A stretch of DNA of 64,000 nt, taken from positions 42,160,001-42,224,000 of the forward strand of contig CM068743.1 of NCBI GenBank assembly GCA_035084275.1. The letters run 5' to 3'. The notes below the pieces were generated by a model that was not told the DNA's origin, did no database searches, and was given only the letters and a program-made list of their open reading frames with translations. A program made the translations under genes and the position numbers. This document shows positions 12,386 through 27,319 of this stretch, in pieces; within the stretch, counting starts at the first letter, position 1; each line of letters starts with the position of its first letter. This DNA comes from Hydrolagus colliei. Taxonomy: Eukaryota.

Positions 12386-15300
12386 AAAAACATGTTTAGA
12401 GATACAAACATAAACACCAATAAACTTCAGACCCTGCTGAGAAAACATTCTGTGCAGAAACTAAATGACAGAACAATACCATCTACAAATAAACAAGCAG
12501 CAGGACAGACAATTATACACCAGGATCAGTATTAATATGATTCAGACTTCCTTACACGCAACAGATATTCTACCATAACACAAACTTAACATATTCCAAT
12601 TCAATAAAAATCTGTTGTAGAACATCTACAAAATTGTGCAAAGCATGCAGAAACACAGCAACACCTCAATCAATACTTGCTTCTCTTTTATTGTTATAGT
12701 TATTGTGCATAAAAGATTACCTCAACCCAGAAATGGAGCTTATACTTCAATGACTCCAATAAGGAGCTAGTAAAAAATGTATATTTACGAATTCAGGATC
12801 CCAAGGTTGTGGGTTTAACACCCATATTCTTTTAAAAATAACTTCTAAAAAATGCTTAAAGATAGGACAGTATTTCAAAATTAATCAAATTCTGTCTAAC
12901 AATAATCTTTGTAATTTGTATAGTGCCTTTCACTTCCAGAATGCTTCATATGATTTATTGTAATGTGAATGTTTTGTGCAAATACTCTGAAATGCTAATA
13001 AAAGAGTAAATCTAGAAATGTAAGTTAATGAATACTCTGCACCATTATATGAGCCTTGTAACCATCTCATTGTGTTCTTCTTTGCAGCATTTTTAAAGCA
13101 TCTGCTTTGTTTCAAATCAGTTATATAGCTTTAAGAGATCAATAGCTCATTTTCACTTGGTCAACCCAATGACCTATTGTTTTACGATATATTTTGTACA
13201 CTACTTTGACAGACAAAACAAAATCCATTCAAGTTGATGAGAATTCAATAGAATTATCAGTATATTATCAGCCAAAGCATTGCTTGCCAACTCAAACTTC
13301 AGCCAATTTCTGAATCAGCAGTTTTTTCTAGAAATATTTATTTTAAAGGCTTCACAGTCTGTAAGCTTGCTAACAATCTGACAATCTAACAATACTGGTA
13401 TTCCAGTAGATATACCTATTTGCTGCATAAACAATCCAGAATGGAAAGGAACTGGATGTTTATAATTTTAAAATAGTCTGCTTTCCTCTAATAACCCATT
13501 CATTCTATGTCTAACAGAATGTTTTTTTTTTTTTATAGAAGAAACATTAGATTTTGAATAAGTGCAAGCTGCCCAAGTAACCTTGCAGGACTTTTAGGCT
13601 TGTCATAGCCCGAACCATTGAAAATCAGGGTCTCTGTTCTTGGTAGCTATTCAGCACCCTTTAGGTTTTGCTTATGTGTGACACCTGGATGAGAAGTGGT
13701 CCGCTGGTCTGTGACAACAACAATAATTTGCACTTTTGTACAACCTTCACACAGCTATCTCAGAATGTGGTACAGTGGTGGGTGGGACACGGAGCTACAG
13801 TGAGTGGAAAAAGGAGTAGCTGAAAGCTAGATGTAAAAGTGGGATGTTAAAATACATAAAGAGAAGGCAAGGGATAAGTATTGAGGCTGGGAGGTGATAT
13901 CCACTGAAGACAAATATTTGACTGATGTTCAGTGCCAAAGCTCACCCACAAACAGTGGTCACTTGCGCAAGGGCCCAGAAGACAATTGACACCTATGGAA
14001 CACAGCAAGCACAGACCAGACCAGAAATAGTGACATATGCCAGTGGGATAAAATTAGAAAACAAGATTACAAAGCACAATATCAGGGGGAAACAAATCTG
14101 CTTCCAAATAAGTCTAAAAATTTATGATTTTTTCTGGAATTCTGTGGAAATATATATATTTTTAGAATAATTGGCTTTACAGATTAAGAACAGCTGGAAT
14201 TTTAATAATAACAACAACTACCTGCATTGATGTAGCACCCCTCATGCAGGGTAATGTCCCATAGTGCTTGACAAGGGTTGGGTTGGAGAGACAGACGAAG
14301 ATTGTTCAAGAGGTTAGGGGAGTAGTGGCTGACAGTGGAAGCACTGAGGGTTTGCAATTTATAACAGGATCTCAAATAATTACCATATTACATTTACCTG
14401 TGCAAAGTCTGCTGCAGAGGTACACAGTGTCAGAGTAGTTCAAATTAGGGTAAGCTTAGGGTAACACACTTCTTATTTGCAACTCCTGTAAGAATATCAC
14501 ATTTTATATAATATCTGCATTTATATGACGTAATTCACACAGTATAGCATCTATTCGCTCAATAATTTATTTAAATATTAACATGCAAACTATAGAAACA
14601 AAATGATTGTCTGACCCAACAAAAGCCTGCTCTCATCAAGGGCTAATCACCTAGTTTTTATACATCAGTAATAACTCTGTTAACGAACAATATTTGTATT
14701 TTGTATTTTTCAATTGTATTTTTGTATCTTTCTATCATGCAACAGCTACCCAAATAATTTTCTATATTATTCTCATATCTATTTATTTCATAGTACTGTA
14801 TATGGAATTGGTAAAATAGAGAGCAGTGCTAGAACATTTCTTAATTTACAGTATTATTAAGTGAAATAATCAAAAAGTAATCTTATTATGTTAATTATTG
14901 TTGAAAAAAATTCTATGGCTCTGAAAAAGAATACAACATTGTGAATAATCATATATAAGTGGATACATTTCTCACCTATTTTCATTTATATGTTAATTTT
15001 GTGTGAAAATTTAATTCATGTTTCATGACATTCCCTTTAAGGAGAACATTGATAAATTGTATAAAATAAATCAGTTGCAGTTCAGTTGTTAAACGTACCC
15101 ACGTAGAAAGAGCAGAGAATTAAATGAAAACATGCATAACACTGGGGACGAACACAGACCTTTAACAAAACAGTTCATATATGAGCTGATATGTCAATGT
15201 TTTATATAATTTGTAGAAATTGAAATATAAAAACACAGATAATTTCTACAAAACATTTGAGACCAATGCTCGTAAGCATGATTACACTTTACAATATAGT

Positions 15301-15813
15301 TCAAGTTGGGAAGTCCTCCCAACGTGAAAAACACTCTATGAATGTAGTTTCATTGTTGTTGTTGTAGTACATACAATTTTATTACTGAAAGGCTTATGCT
15401 TCATACCATGTTGTGCAAAAGTGTAGTGATTCATGTAACAGTAGTTTTTTTTTAAATTTCTTGTGTCCTCCCCAAGCACTTTTCTAAGATCAACTTCAAG
15501 TAACTGATAATGGTAATGTCAGTCTTAATGAATCCATAAGGACTTCTCTTACGCTCTCAAATTCACTTGTCTTGTCAGAGGGAAATGGACTATCACCCCC
15601 AGGATCTCCATCAGTACATGCTGTTGGACTTCGACTTGCCTGTAGTGTAGTATTGTCACAATTGATCAACATCTCAATTATTTTCTTCATTTACATCTTC
15701 CTTTCCTACTTGCTCCTGCTAAGCAGTTGTGACACCATCTTTTCCTCCGTTTTGATGATAGAAATACACAGTGTGAAATCAGTTAAAGTATTCCTTTACC
15801 TTGTGTTCTTACC

Positions 15814-15930
15814 ATAGAATCATAGAATCCTACAGCACAAAAGGAGGCCATTCGGCCCATCATGTCTGTGCTGGCTCTTCGAAAAGAGCTACTAAAAGTC
15901 AATCCTACTCCATGGCTCTCTCACTATAAC
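15814..15930 (-). mobile_element. CR1 3' terminal stub
   Basis: CATAGAATCATAGAATC tail repeat plus GGAGGCCATTCGGCCCATC 3' stem-loop. Confidence 0.75.
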
Positions 15931-16224
15931 CCCACAATGAGATGTCAGAATGAACATTCACTATATAAATTGACTGGCTCAAATGAAAAAGTGGTTGATT
16001 TGCAGATCCCTGCAAATCAACCACTCTCAGCAATCCTGAATTCCCTCGATGTAATATAACCAATGAATTCTGGTTTTGCACACTGACTGTTTATTTTACC
16101 CTCTCTCTTTTTGCTTGATGAATGCCCCTCTTGAAACCAACTTTATAGAGGAGTTTTAAAGTTTTATAGTCATATTTTAAATGACCTAAACATTCAAAGG
16201 CTGTACAAGTTTCCAATAAATTAT

Positions 16225-16770
16225 GATGGCTTGTGTTGTTTGGTAGCACGCTTATCTCTAGGAAAGAAGGTGGTTGATTCAAAACCTATATTCAAGACTA
16301 ATTGGAGTCTTGTTGCTTAGTGGTTAGAGCACTCACCTCACAAGCAAGTGGCCATAAGTTCGACTCCTGGGCAGGTAAAAACATTTGGCGTGCTTCCTCA
16401 CGATTGTTCACCTGGCAACAAGTAGAAATTGGTTTGTTAGTTGATTAGTGGATTAGGTTTCGGGGGGGGGAATAATTGTTTAAAAAAATCTAAACCCAAA
16501 AAACGAAATCTGTTCACTCACTCCACGGTTATCTGTGAGACGCTGCTGTGTGCTGGTGTGTTTCGCCCACAACATATGCAGTCAATTCAATTTACAGGAT
16601 ATTCTGTAAAGCACTTTGAGACATCTAGAAGACTGGATAAGACACTCAATAAAATGGAAGGAATATTATCATCACTATTGCATTGGGTCTTGAGCTCACA
16701 GTCCTGAAGAACACCTCAGCTTAATAATGCATTGTCACAAGAGTCATCCTTCAAATGTAAAATACACTGA
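16225..16770 (+). mobile_element. Deu-type SINE head interrupted by a tRNA-SINE (16304-16675)
   Basis: GGTAGCAC...AGAAGGTGGTTGATTCAAAACC head before 16304 resumes as CTTGAGCTCACAGTC after the inserted SINE. Confidence 0.55.
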
Positions 16771-18445
16771 ATTTAATAATTAAAAATTAGAGGGCATGAA
16801 AGTGAGGGTAGAGGAAATCATGGAGATAGGAAGGGGTGAAAGCAAAAATGAATTTGTAGGAGAGAGTGAGGATCTTGAAGTCAATTGGCTCAATAGGCTG
16901 AGAAATAGGGAGTCAATGGAGCGACTACTGATATAATCCACAATTTCACACTGGGCAAAGAATATGTGAATGGAATTAATATTCCCTTGTGTAGCGTTTC
17001 AATAGCACAGAACAGCTGTAGTAACCATTTATGCAATGGTTGCTAATTTGCTCCTGTGGGTTAGAGTTCCATGCATCAACACTCAATGTGGAAATAAAAT
17101 GAATCTGATCTATCATAAGTGTACTCTGCTCTGTCAGCCATATTCTGGTGCTTTGATGTAGTAGATTTGCATCAGCATCTGATTGAAATCTCCTGTGGAT
17201 TAATACTGGAGAGGTAATTGCATATTCACCAGGGACATAAACTGACTATAGGCAGTCCTTCATATAAAGCCTGAAGGAAATTGTATTCAATTTGAGCTAT
17301 CCTAATATTCACTGAATACCATGTTGATGAAACTGAAATATCTTGCTCAATATGGACGGTGATATTCTGGGCAAGATGCACACTTGCTAAATCTAACCAC
17401 AAATGACTCTTATCAAAACTAAACTGATATAAGTAGTGTAAAGCATATTGGTTAACATTTGTTGTGTGGATTTTTTTAATTGAAAAGTTGTACCAATTAC
17501 CTTTCCAGTGGGTCTGTTAATGAGGAAATGTTATTGCCCCCACTTCTGTAACATTATTTAATCTAAAACACAATGTATATTCACTCATTACTTTTACTCC
17601 AACTATACATATCAACCTATTTCAAAATCTGCAAGTCACTCTTCCCAGAATCCTTTTATACTTGCATCCTCCATATTCAATTGGCACTTATGTCATTAAA
17701 GCAATATGCAACAAACACAATAAAAGGTTTAGCTGATTTAACACATAAACACACACATACAACTTCAAATGACAAGATATCAGAAAATGCTTCTGCATGA
17801 TTGATGCTACAGTACACCCTTCACATTGAAAGCCCCAGTAACTCAGTCAAGTCAATTCCCAATTATATAATTGATGCTGACAATTTACTCATTCATACTC
17901 ACATGCAGTTTTGTGAATCGCCTTGAAATCTCCTCTCAGAGTGAAGAGCTCTGAGTTTGTCTGAGTGCCGAGTGTCTGATATATTTGGAAACCCATCGCT
18001 ATGTTTAAGGGTATTTAAACCAAATAGCAGTTCACATATGCATACCACCTACATATGTGCACTCTCTGCCTAGAAAGACACATGCTGCTTTTATCATTCT
18101 GGAGAGTATTAGACACAGATTGGTGAGTCAAGGCTTCGGGATTCCAGAGTGTCTTGTTAGATTGTAATCAGTGAAAACCCCATATCCGTCCATTGAGAGT
18201 ACTGTCTGACAGTCTTCCTACCACCTTACGGGCCAGTGCCTTCTCTTCCTGGTGGGCAACACTATGCAGCATAAAATGCATTAGGACGTTGCAACCATTG
18301 CCCTGTCCACAGTTCAGACACACAGCCTTAATCATTGAATGATAGTTTTACCAGTTACAGGTGCGGAGCTTGAGCAGCATCTGCTTAACTCTCTGCAAAC
18401 CAATCAATATGGTATGCAAGCCCTAGTTTTTTATACATATGCTGC

Positions 18446-18491
18446 ATATATATATATATATATATATATATGTACGTGTGTGTGTGTGTGT
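18446..18491. repeat. (TA)n-(TG)n compound microsatellite
   Basis: Directly visible. Confidence 0.9.
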
Positions 18492-19194
18492 TCATGAACC
18501 CAGACTCCAGCTAATGTCTTACAACAACTATCGTTGCAAGCCTCATAGTTTCCTCATCAGATACGTGATGGTCATCTTCCTTCAGCACAGTTGGAGGATC
18601 TTTACAGGACAGCTTGTGATGTGTAAGCCATCTGGTGTTCTAGAAGTCCAGAATGAATAGAACTAACTGGTTAATCCACATCCTCGTATGAGCAGTTTTG
18701 GCAACTAGACCTGGCCTCCGTGAAAGCAAGTCCATCTCCAGGGTGCTCAGCAACGGGTCAGTGTCGGCCGAAGCCCTCCCTCCTTGCAGCCAATTCCCCA
18801 TTTTACCACAGCCATTTTATAAATGTAAACTGTTGTTCAAATAACTAATCTTTATTTTACATATGATTTTTTTTTTTAAATGGTCCTGATGGTGAGCCAT
18901 CCTCTATAACAACCTCCATGTATATTTTTGAATGAGAAAAATTTGTCCAAATGAGCAGGGCAATCAGAGAATGATTCACTTGAGACCAGTTTTGTGTTCC
19001 TTCAATGTTGCCCTGTTACTTCATAATGGAACTGTCTTGATGGCAAAAGTATCTGCATGCTATTGAAATAGTTATTAAACATATTGATTGCTAGATTAAT
19101 TATTGAAATAACCCATGATTACTGCAGTCCAGGGAAGTGAAACTATTTTTACATATGCAGAAATTAACCATTTTAAAGATGATGTATTCACAAT

Positions 19195-20012
19195 CATAGA
19201 ATTATAGGCATATATAGCCAGAAAAAGGCCACTTGGCCCATTTTGTCTGTGCCGCCACTTTGAAAAGATCTCTCCAAATCAATCTAAATCACCCACACTC
19301 TCCCTATAGCTCTATAAATGTGTCCTTGCCAAATAATTATCTACTTCTCTCTTAAAGGTTGTTATCGAATCAGCTTCCAACACCCTTTCAGGAAATGCAT
19401 TTCAGATCTGAACAACTTGTTCAATGAATAAACTTTTTCTTACCTCTCCTTCACAACTATTTGAAATCGGTGTCCTCGGGTTACCAACCCACTTGCCGGT
19501 GCCAATAGTTTCTCCCTGTTCATCTTATCGAATCTGCTGATAATTTTGAAAACTTCTATTAAGTCTCCTCTTAACCTTTTCTGCTCCAAGGAGAATAATC
19601 CAAGCTTTTCTAGCCTCTCCTGATAACTGAAGTTCCTCATTCCTATTACCATCCTGGTAAATCTCCTTTACACCATCACCAATGCCTGCCTTGACATCCT
19701 TCCGAAAATGTGGTGCTCAGAGCTGAATACAGTATCCTAGCTGAGGCCTAACCAGTGTTTTATAGAGGTTCATCATAACTTCCTGACTTTTCTATTCTAT
19801 GCCTCTAATTACAGTATAAAGCCTAGTATCCTGCATGCTTTTCTAACAGCTTTATCTACCTGTCCTGCCACCTTCAAAGATTTACTTATGTGAATTGCCA
19901 AATCTCTCTGTTCTTTCACCCACTTTAAAATTCTATCATCTAGCTTATATTGCCTCTCCTCATTCTTCCTCCCAAAATGCATCACTTGACATGTGTCCAC
20001 ATTGAACTTCAA
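19195..20012 (-). mobile_element. CR1 LINE 3' ORF2 fragment with 3'UTR
   Basis: FNVDTCQVMHFGRKN, EQRDLAIHI and SYQERLEKLGLFSLEQKRLRGDLIEVFKI. Confidence 0.9.
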
Positions 20013-21587
20013 TAATTTGCTATTTTGTTTTACAGTTGTTCTCTTTTTGCAATGTTGCTGACATTGCATTTGGAAAATGTGGGTTGTAATTGAAGAGATA
20101 TTGTACTCTAACTTTACTTTAGATAAATGATGTGTTCAATAACATGCATCATTCTTGCAAATATATTACAGCATTGGTGGTTCATCATTTAGAAACGTAG
20201 CGTTAACACTATTTATCAATGTAATTGTGAAGGAGCTGAAGGCTATTCACAATTATAATCAATTTACCTGATGTTTCTCTGCTCCAGTTCTGAAAACTAT
20301 AATCAGTTAAATATCACTACTGTGTTCCAAAACTTCTGAACTTTTCAATAAACAATTGACTGGGTCCTTTAAAAAAATTGTCTGTAAGAAATCACAGATT
20401 TGATTCAATTTCCGTATCACAATTTAACAATGAGTATCAATTAGATTGTTTCAATGGATAGGAAAAAGATCATGAAGGAAGAGAATAGGGAGGACAGGAA
20501 AAGCAAGGAGGAACAAGTGTAAGAAAATAAGAGGGAAGGGAGAGATAAGACAGACAAAGAGGAAAAAAAAGGGAAATATTCAAGAGACAATATAATAATG
20601 CGTTAAGCCAGATCTGAAATACAAGAAACAGTAAGCAAACACATGAACAAGATACACAAGTATACAGATATATGAATTGTGACTGACCCAGTGTGAAAGA
20701 GGTAAAAGTGAAACTGGTAAAATTTAAGGTATGAGAGAAGAGACGGATGTGAAAGAGATAGTGAATGTGAATCAATTTTGCAACAAACAGAGAGAGAAAA
20801 AAAATAAAGACTGATGAAGGAGAGATGGGACAGAGTGATTGATGATTAAAAGAGAGGATAAAAAACAGGTTGAGTTTACTGAAAAGCAAATTTTACTGTG
20901 GATTTTCATCTATTTAATGTGGAATGAAAGTGGAAACCATCCATAGGAAACGATGGATCCTGAAAATAATTCAGACACGTATCACCTTTAATGGAACCAC
21001 AAAAAGACCAGAGAAACCCTTGGCATCCTGGCAAACAACTACATTTATTCCACAAACATTGGCAGTCTAGTTTCATACCCCCACAGGAATAACATAGTTG
21101 CTAACTGCTGAGTCACTGAAAAAAATGGTTGGCAAGTATAAATATAAGAAAATTATTTTCTAAGGATAGAAAGCACCAATGTTTCTTAAATTATCTGAAT
21201 TAATTCATATGATTAATTTGAATTAGATCAATTAATCTGATATTCTTTTGATTTTGGAAATATCCAATTACAGTGTACAAATAAGCAGGTATTGAGTTAC
21301 AAGCTGCAGTTTTATCCTGAGTACAGCCAACAGTATCCTCTGCGGTTATAGATTTGAGCTGTCTATAGATCTAATTTTTGTGTGCCATGGTGTCAGAGTG
21401 ACCTCCATCCTGTGTCTTCAGATACTTTGAAAATCGATGAGGTTCAATAATGCATGAATCATTTATGCATTAAAAAAAGAACCTTTTAGTAGATTGAAAT
21501 TTGTTATACAGTCAACCATACAATAATTCTCAAAGACTTCATACATTATTAAGCATTAGCTATAACAGACAGATGGATTGTTTTCAA

Positions 21588-21767
21588 NNNNNNNNNNNNN
21601 NNNNNNNNNNNNNNNNNNNNNNNNNNNNNNNNNNNNNNNNNNNNNNNNNNNNNNNNNNNNNNNNNNNNNNNNNNNNNNNNNNNNNNNNNNNNNNNNNNNN
21701 NNNNNNNNNNNNNNNNNNNNNNNNNNNNNNNNNNNNNNNNNNNNNNNNNNNNNNNNNNNNNNNNNNN
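21588..21767. other. Assembly gap (180 N)
   Basis: Run of N. Confidence 1.
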
Positions 21768-22703
21768 CACTCACTGAATTATATTGGGAGCAAGATTCCA
21801 TGGTCAATCAAGGTGATTTTTGATGCTTGATGATGTTGAATTAAATGTAATTGTTGCTTGCAAAACTAACAGATGCTTTTCATCAGATATAACCAAAAGG
21901 CACATTACATTTTACTCCATTTTTCTTCTTGAGGTCCAATGCAAAATTTAATGGGGCATGTATTCTGACATCACAGCATACAATATTTGCCATTGACTTG
22001 ATCAGTTCAGAGAATCATCCATCGATTGCTCAAAGTATCTCTCCAGTTTAAACAGCTGGCAAATGGCTGTGTTTGACAGCATTAACATTAAACAACGCGA
22101 GAAAAAAAATCTAATTTAACTTCTTGTCATTTGTGTCCTCTAATTAAAGATGCAACTTAGAATGGTATAATTATGCTAACCTTTATGCAGTAAGCCTAAT
22201 TGTAACCATTTCCAAAAATAATAACAATTTGCACTTACGCTGTGACTGTCCTGTAGAGCGAATGTCTCAAATCACTTTAAAATTTTGAGTAGAAGCCCAA
22301 AACCACAATTCAAAACTATTATCATTTTTTCATATGACACAGATTTTTTTTTTAAAAATCATTACAGTTGATATAGGAGCTATCATGTTGGAAGGATTTC
22401 TGAAAGCTTCACAGATGATACTAACCCATGAAGCTGCTTTTTATGGTAATCCAGCTAGTCCTGGCATCAATCAATCTTCCAGGCAAACCATTCAGTCGTT
22501 AATTACCCTTTAAGTTTGAAAAAAGTCTTCAAAGAATCAAATTTAAAAATAGTACAGTACTTAACAGTCACATAAATCTGCTCTTGTACAATTCATGAAC
22601 TGCCAAACCAGCTGGGAGACATTGTTTGTAATGACATAATCAGACCCCAATGAGGCTCATTAAAAAAGCATTACAAGGCACAACAAAAATATATCGTGCT
22701 TAA

Positions 22704-22938
22704 AATGATTGTTAGGTAAGCTAAGTCCTTCTTAGGAGATAGTGTGCATACCTTTCTTGACACAGAGACATTTCTGTGTTTATGTGATATATATATGTAG
22801 AACTTTCGTTTCGATGCCATGGTAATGCATTTCCATATGTATTTTCTGTGTTGCTGGAAATTTGAAATGATAATATTTTGATGAGATAGTGTATGCACAC
22901 TATCTCCTAAGAAGGACTTAGCTTACCTAACAATCATT
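22704..22938. repeat. Perfect 48-bp inverted repeat, 139-bp spacer
   Basis: 22704-22751 is the exact reverse complement of 22891-22938. Confidence 0.9.
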
Positions 22939-23584
22939 AAGTTGAAATAAAGTTATATTTATTCTTAAGGTGAATTAATCACATGGTAAGAGAATAAATT
23001 GCTCAGTTAGGGAATGTGGGATACAAATTGATTCCACTTGAACAGAAAGCCCTTGGTATGTCATGAATGACAAAGTGACCAAGTGACAGACTCCTCAGTT
23101 ATCAGGATTACTTGATATATGAGATGCACTCTCAGTTATTCAGATTCGTCTTGAATATATTTTGCTTTTGAACTATAAATTGTTGTAATTTAGCCCACAT
23201 GCCTCAAGTTAATTCTCTGATCATTGGTGGGTCATCTTATTCAGTACTGGTGAGACAGTGGTGGAGCTGGGCAATGTTGCAGAGGTGAGGAAGGCAGAGC
23301 AGATTATGACACAGATGCAGGGAAGAAATGCTAGTTGAGGGTCGAACAAGACGCCAAGGTTTTGGATGGGCCTAGTGAGATGGAGTTGTAGGCCTACAAT
23401 GGCCTACAATTAGCACCTTCACTGCACCTCTCCAGGATCAACGTATCTTTCCTGAGGTATGGTGCCCAAAGCTGAACATAGAGCTGCAGATGGAGTATGA
23501 CGAACAATCAATGCAGCAGAAGTATCAGTCAGGTTCCTACTGCTTAAGAAGTGCGGTTTCAATGGTACGTAAATTTACTCAACA

Positions 23585-23812
23585 TGACCTTGCTCCCTCC
23601 TACCTCTGTGACCTCCTAACACCCTACCAACCCATCCACCCCCTCAGCTCAGCAAGTCCCCACCTCATCCATGCCATCGTTGGCAGGTGGGTCTTCAGCC
23701 ATTCTGCCCCCACCCTCTGTAACTCCATCTTACAGTCCATCCTCCTCATACTGTCCCTCGCCTCATTAAGACCCAACTTAGTGCCCTCCTCTTTGACCGT
23801 GCTTTCGATCAA
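23585..23812 (+). mobile_element. L2 LINE 3' ORF2 fragment
   Basis: HDLAPSYLCDLLTPY and GRWVFSHSAPTLCNSI. Confidence 0.7.
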
Positions 23813-25991
23813 CCTAACTAAATGGCGGAACAGACATGAAGGGTTGAATGGCATACCCCTGTTCCTATGTTCCTATAACCCAATGCAATCTTAGTGGTAA
23901 ATATGGAAAATAGGCAATAAATTGAGTCCTAATATGTTTTTGAGGAGAAAAACACACATTTGTACCCTGTATTTTTTCTAGTAATAATAATAATAAGAAG
24001 AAGAATCGTCGGAGTTGCTATAGCAACTGTCACATCAGGATGATGTCTGAAAGTGCAAATAAATTAACGTAAATGGGATGTGCATGTGTGGGGGATCTTG
24101 TGATTATGAATGTTCCTTAATATTTCTATTTTACTAAATATGCATAACGCCATAAGGAAGTTAGATTCATACAATATTTTAAATTCATTCAGATTGTAGG
24201 GACATACAAAATCTGACCATTAAAGTGATTTCTGACCTAAAGCACTCTGAATTGGATCATTTCTGCCTCGAGTGTATTGTATAAAATAATGAATTTGGCT
24301 CAATTCATCTAAATTCAGACTTGATGCTTTAGTTAAGGGACCAGAGACAAGATCTTAACATGCAAATTGTGTGCACAGATAAGGCACTACCACTAGCCTG
24401 CAATTGTGAATAATTCAAACAGTTTATGTTCTTTACCTCTGACCAGAGTTGTATCAGAAATGCTTGGAAGAAATCCAACTTTTTCTCTTTCTGCATGCAC
24501 CGCATGTAGTGTAAGACTTTTGTCTGATATCATTTGCATTTAACACTGGGAGGCAAAATGTTGAAGTTGACATGAACCTGCTGAAACGGATCTGACCAGA
24601 GAACAACCAAGGGAAGAGTGATGGAATGACATCCCAAAGGGAATTGGAGAAAATGACAAAAGATAGGCAGAGAGGGGAAATTAAGCTCTGTAAGTGCAAA
24701 TAGCATTTCAAAAAAATTAAAAAAGGGATCAGAGAGGTGCATAATAATCAGAGAAAAATAGACAAGGGAAGGATCATTGAACCATAGATTTAAGGTGAAG
24801 GAGAGAATCACAGTGTGGACAAGTATGGTAAACCTGTAGACAATTAGTAGAAGAAGCTTGTTGGATGGATAGAAAGGCCATCTGCCATTTGTTTTGTTAT
24901 GTAAGTTGGTTGGTGTGTCATTAATGGAGTCTGCTTTTTCAAGTTAGAAGTGTTTCAAGGCCAGTTACATTTTGAGAGATGCAAAACCACATTCTTCTTT
25001 CATTCACCCCACTTTTGTTATTCTGACGTTCTTTGCAATATAGAAAAACAATCTTTATTTGTCTTACAGTGTAAAATTTATAACAGGATCCAGTTTCTCA
25101 TCCTTTTATTTTTGCTGAAGTATTCGGTTTGAATGGATTCTAAAGAAGATTTTTATTTCAATTTAATTACTCTTTCGATCGCTTAATAACAATCATTTTA
25201 ACTGCAGATGTGCTGTGAAACAAGCAATCAAAGCTGACGATGAACGCTCACATCATCCTTCCAACCATTCTCATTCTCCTCATTCAGTTGGATTCTTTCA
25301 TCAAACAAACGTAATGAATAAGAATGAGCCAAAGTCGACCTCCAATAGCTTTGTAAAAATATTTCTGATTTAGAAAGTTCAAAGCATTTGAAAAACAATC
25401 AGTAAGTAATGAAGGAACATTTTCATAAACGTTTCCAAGAGGTTTTTATACACTCTCACTTGTAAACCTGTAGTCATCCAAAAGCATGAATTTATTCAAA
25501 AGCCATCAAGAAAAAATTAAAAGCTGTCTTGCAATCAAAGATGCATAGTTATAGTTAAACCCGCTTTCACACAGGTTAAAGGATTCCAAGTTGAGAAATA
25601 TTGTCATTTCACAAAATCTAGCTTTCCTTAATTTATAGTACAACCTCTCTTCTATGTTACAGGATCACAACTTCCAAAGGTGATGGAAAGAAATTAGTGG
25701 AACCATTTATTAGTTGTTTGATTTTCAATTGAAATAGTGGTATACCTTATGGTGCAATTTAAACAATATTTCCCTGTAAGCTTTTCTACTTGTTTTTATT
25801 AATGACTTTAAAAATGTAGCAAATGTAAATGGTCACCTGCGGGATTGTGCATGCAAATTTGGAATGACCCACTGAGCTGCAATATCAGAAATAATCAGCG
25901 AAAAGCCAACAATTGATCTTGGGTTTGGTATCTTACATGGGAGATGCGCTGAATACAAATAACCTTCAATACATTACAGTCTACAGTATGT

Positions 25992-26317
25992 GGAGCTCCT
26001 GTGGCTTAGTGGTTAGAGCACTTGTCTTGCAAGCTGGGGAGACCAAGCTGTGTTCAAATACAGGCAGGTCAGGGCGAAACCTTGGGCAAGTTTCCTTATT
26101 CCACACACCTAATAATAATCCCTCCAAAAAAAACACAGTAATAAACTTGGTCATTTGAATCCACGACTGTTTGTGGGACACTGTTGTGCGCAATTGACTG
26201 CCGCAATTCACCACAAATATACAGTCAATTCACTTTACAGTACATACCGTGAAGCGCTTTGGGACTTCGATAAGATGTGAAAAGCGCTATATCAAATGCA
26301 AGGATTATTATTATTAT
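25992..26317 (+). mobile_element. tRNA-derived SINE (young subfamily)
   Basis: Full head, body and GGATTATTATT tail. Confidence 0.9.
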
Positions 26318-27319
26318 ACCAGATTCAAAAAGAGATTTCATTCCGTTGCCTTGTCCATAACAGTATTGCAAAACTCGAGCTGTGATAAACCAGCCTTTGA
26401 CCACTTATTGCAACTGCCTCACAGTCATCATTCAGGGATTAATCCATTCATTTTGAGCTCTATCTGTTCTTTGTTTCAAATTTGTATGTTGTTCATTATG
26501 TCTTTAGATTAGAAAATCTCATTATAAACATAGAATGATAAGGTAATTATTTTTAATACAATTGCGATTGTTACTTTTGAGTAACCAGATGGCTCAAACT
26601 GAACCTATGGGACAATGATGTCAATTCTGACTTCAGATAAGCCACAATACAGCCAAGAGTGGCTGTTGGCACTTGGCAAACATTTGTCATCTCACCCGAG
26701 TTCAATATCATTCGTTAGAGCTCAGTACTTATGATGTGCCTTAATTGGTAATAATCTCACCTCTGAGTCAGAAGGTTGAGTTCAAGCCCTAATATTAAGA
26801 CTTTAAACTCACATAGTCTCCACTGACACTTCAATATAGTGTCCATGAGAATAAAAGGGAGTTTCCAAACAAAATTAACCTAATTTATCATTCACTTAAT
26901 TCCCCTACAACCTACAGTCACTACACAGTATGCCATGTGAAGCATTTTGAGACAGTATCCAGTAGGGAACGGCGATTAATCGGTTTTTCGATTAAACCCG
27001 ATATGATTTTCAGATCGGTGTGCCGATATGGTGATTCTAAAAAAACTGTTACATCGAGAGATTCGATTTTAAAAATATACATCGTTATATTTTTAATATC
27101 GTTCCTGGCAATATATCAATATTGTTGGTATTATCAGTGTAATGCGATCTTTTCCAGCTTACCTTGTCGCCGGCATTGCAAACTCCTAGATCTAGAGCAT
27201 GGAATACGCGTACATTCGGTGCGAGCGCACACTTTACTGCTTATACTCGACGTGAGTCGTGGCGTCTTGACAAAGTCGCATCGCTGAAAATTGTAGTTTG
27301 AAAATTTACCTTTCTCATC

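Noticed and set aside
15489-15817. Coding-looking stretch with a hydrophobic plus-strand ORF after a pyrimidine tract
   Set aside because: No recognisable homology or partner exons; the stop lies in a CR1 tail.
20470-20889. 139-aa hydrophobic minus ORF
   Set aside because: Low-complexity purine-rich + strand yields F/L/S codons by composition.
21501-21830. ORFs spanning X residues
   Set aside because: Created by the N gap.
24436-24591. Minus-strand segment bounded by good acceptor and donor sites
   Set aside because: Stops in all three frames; no other support.
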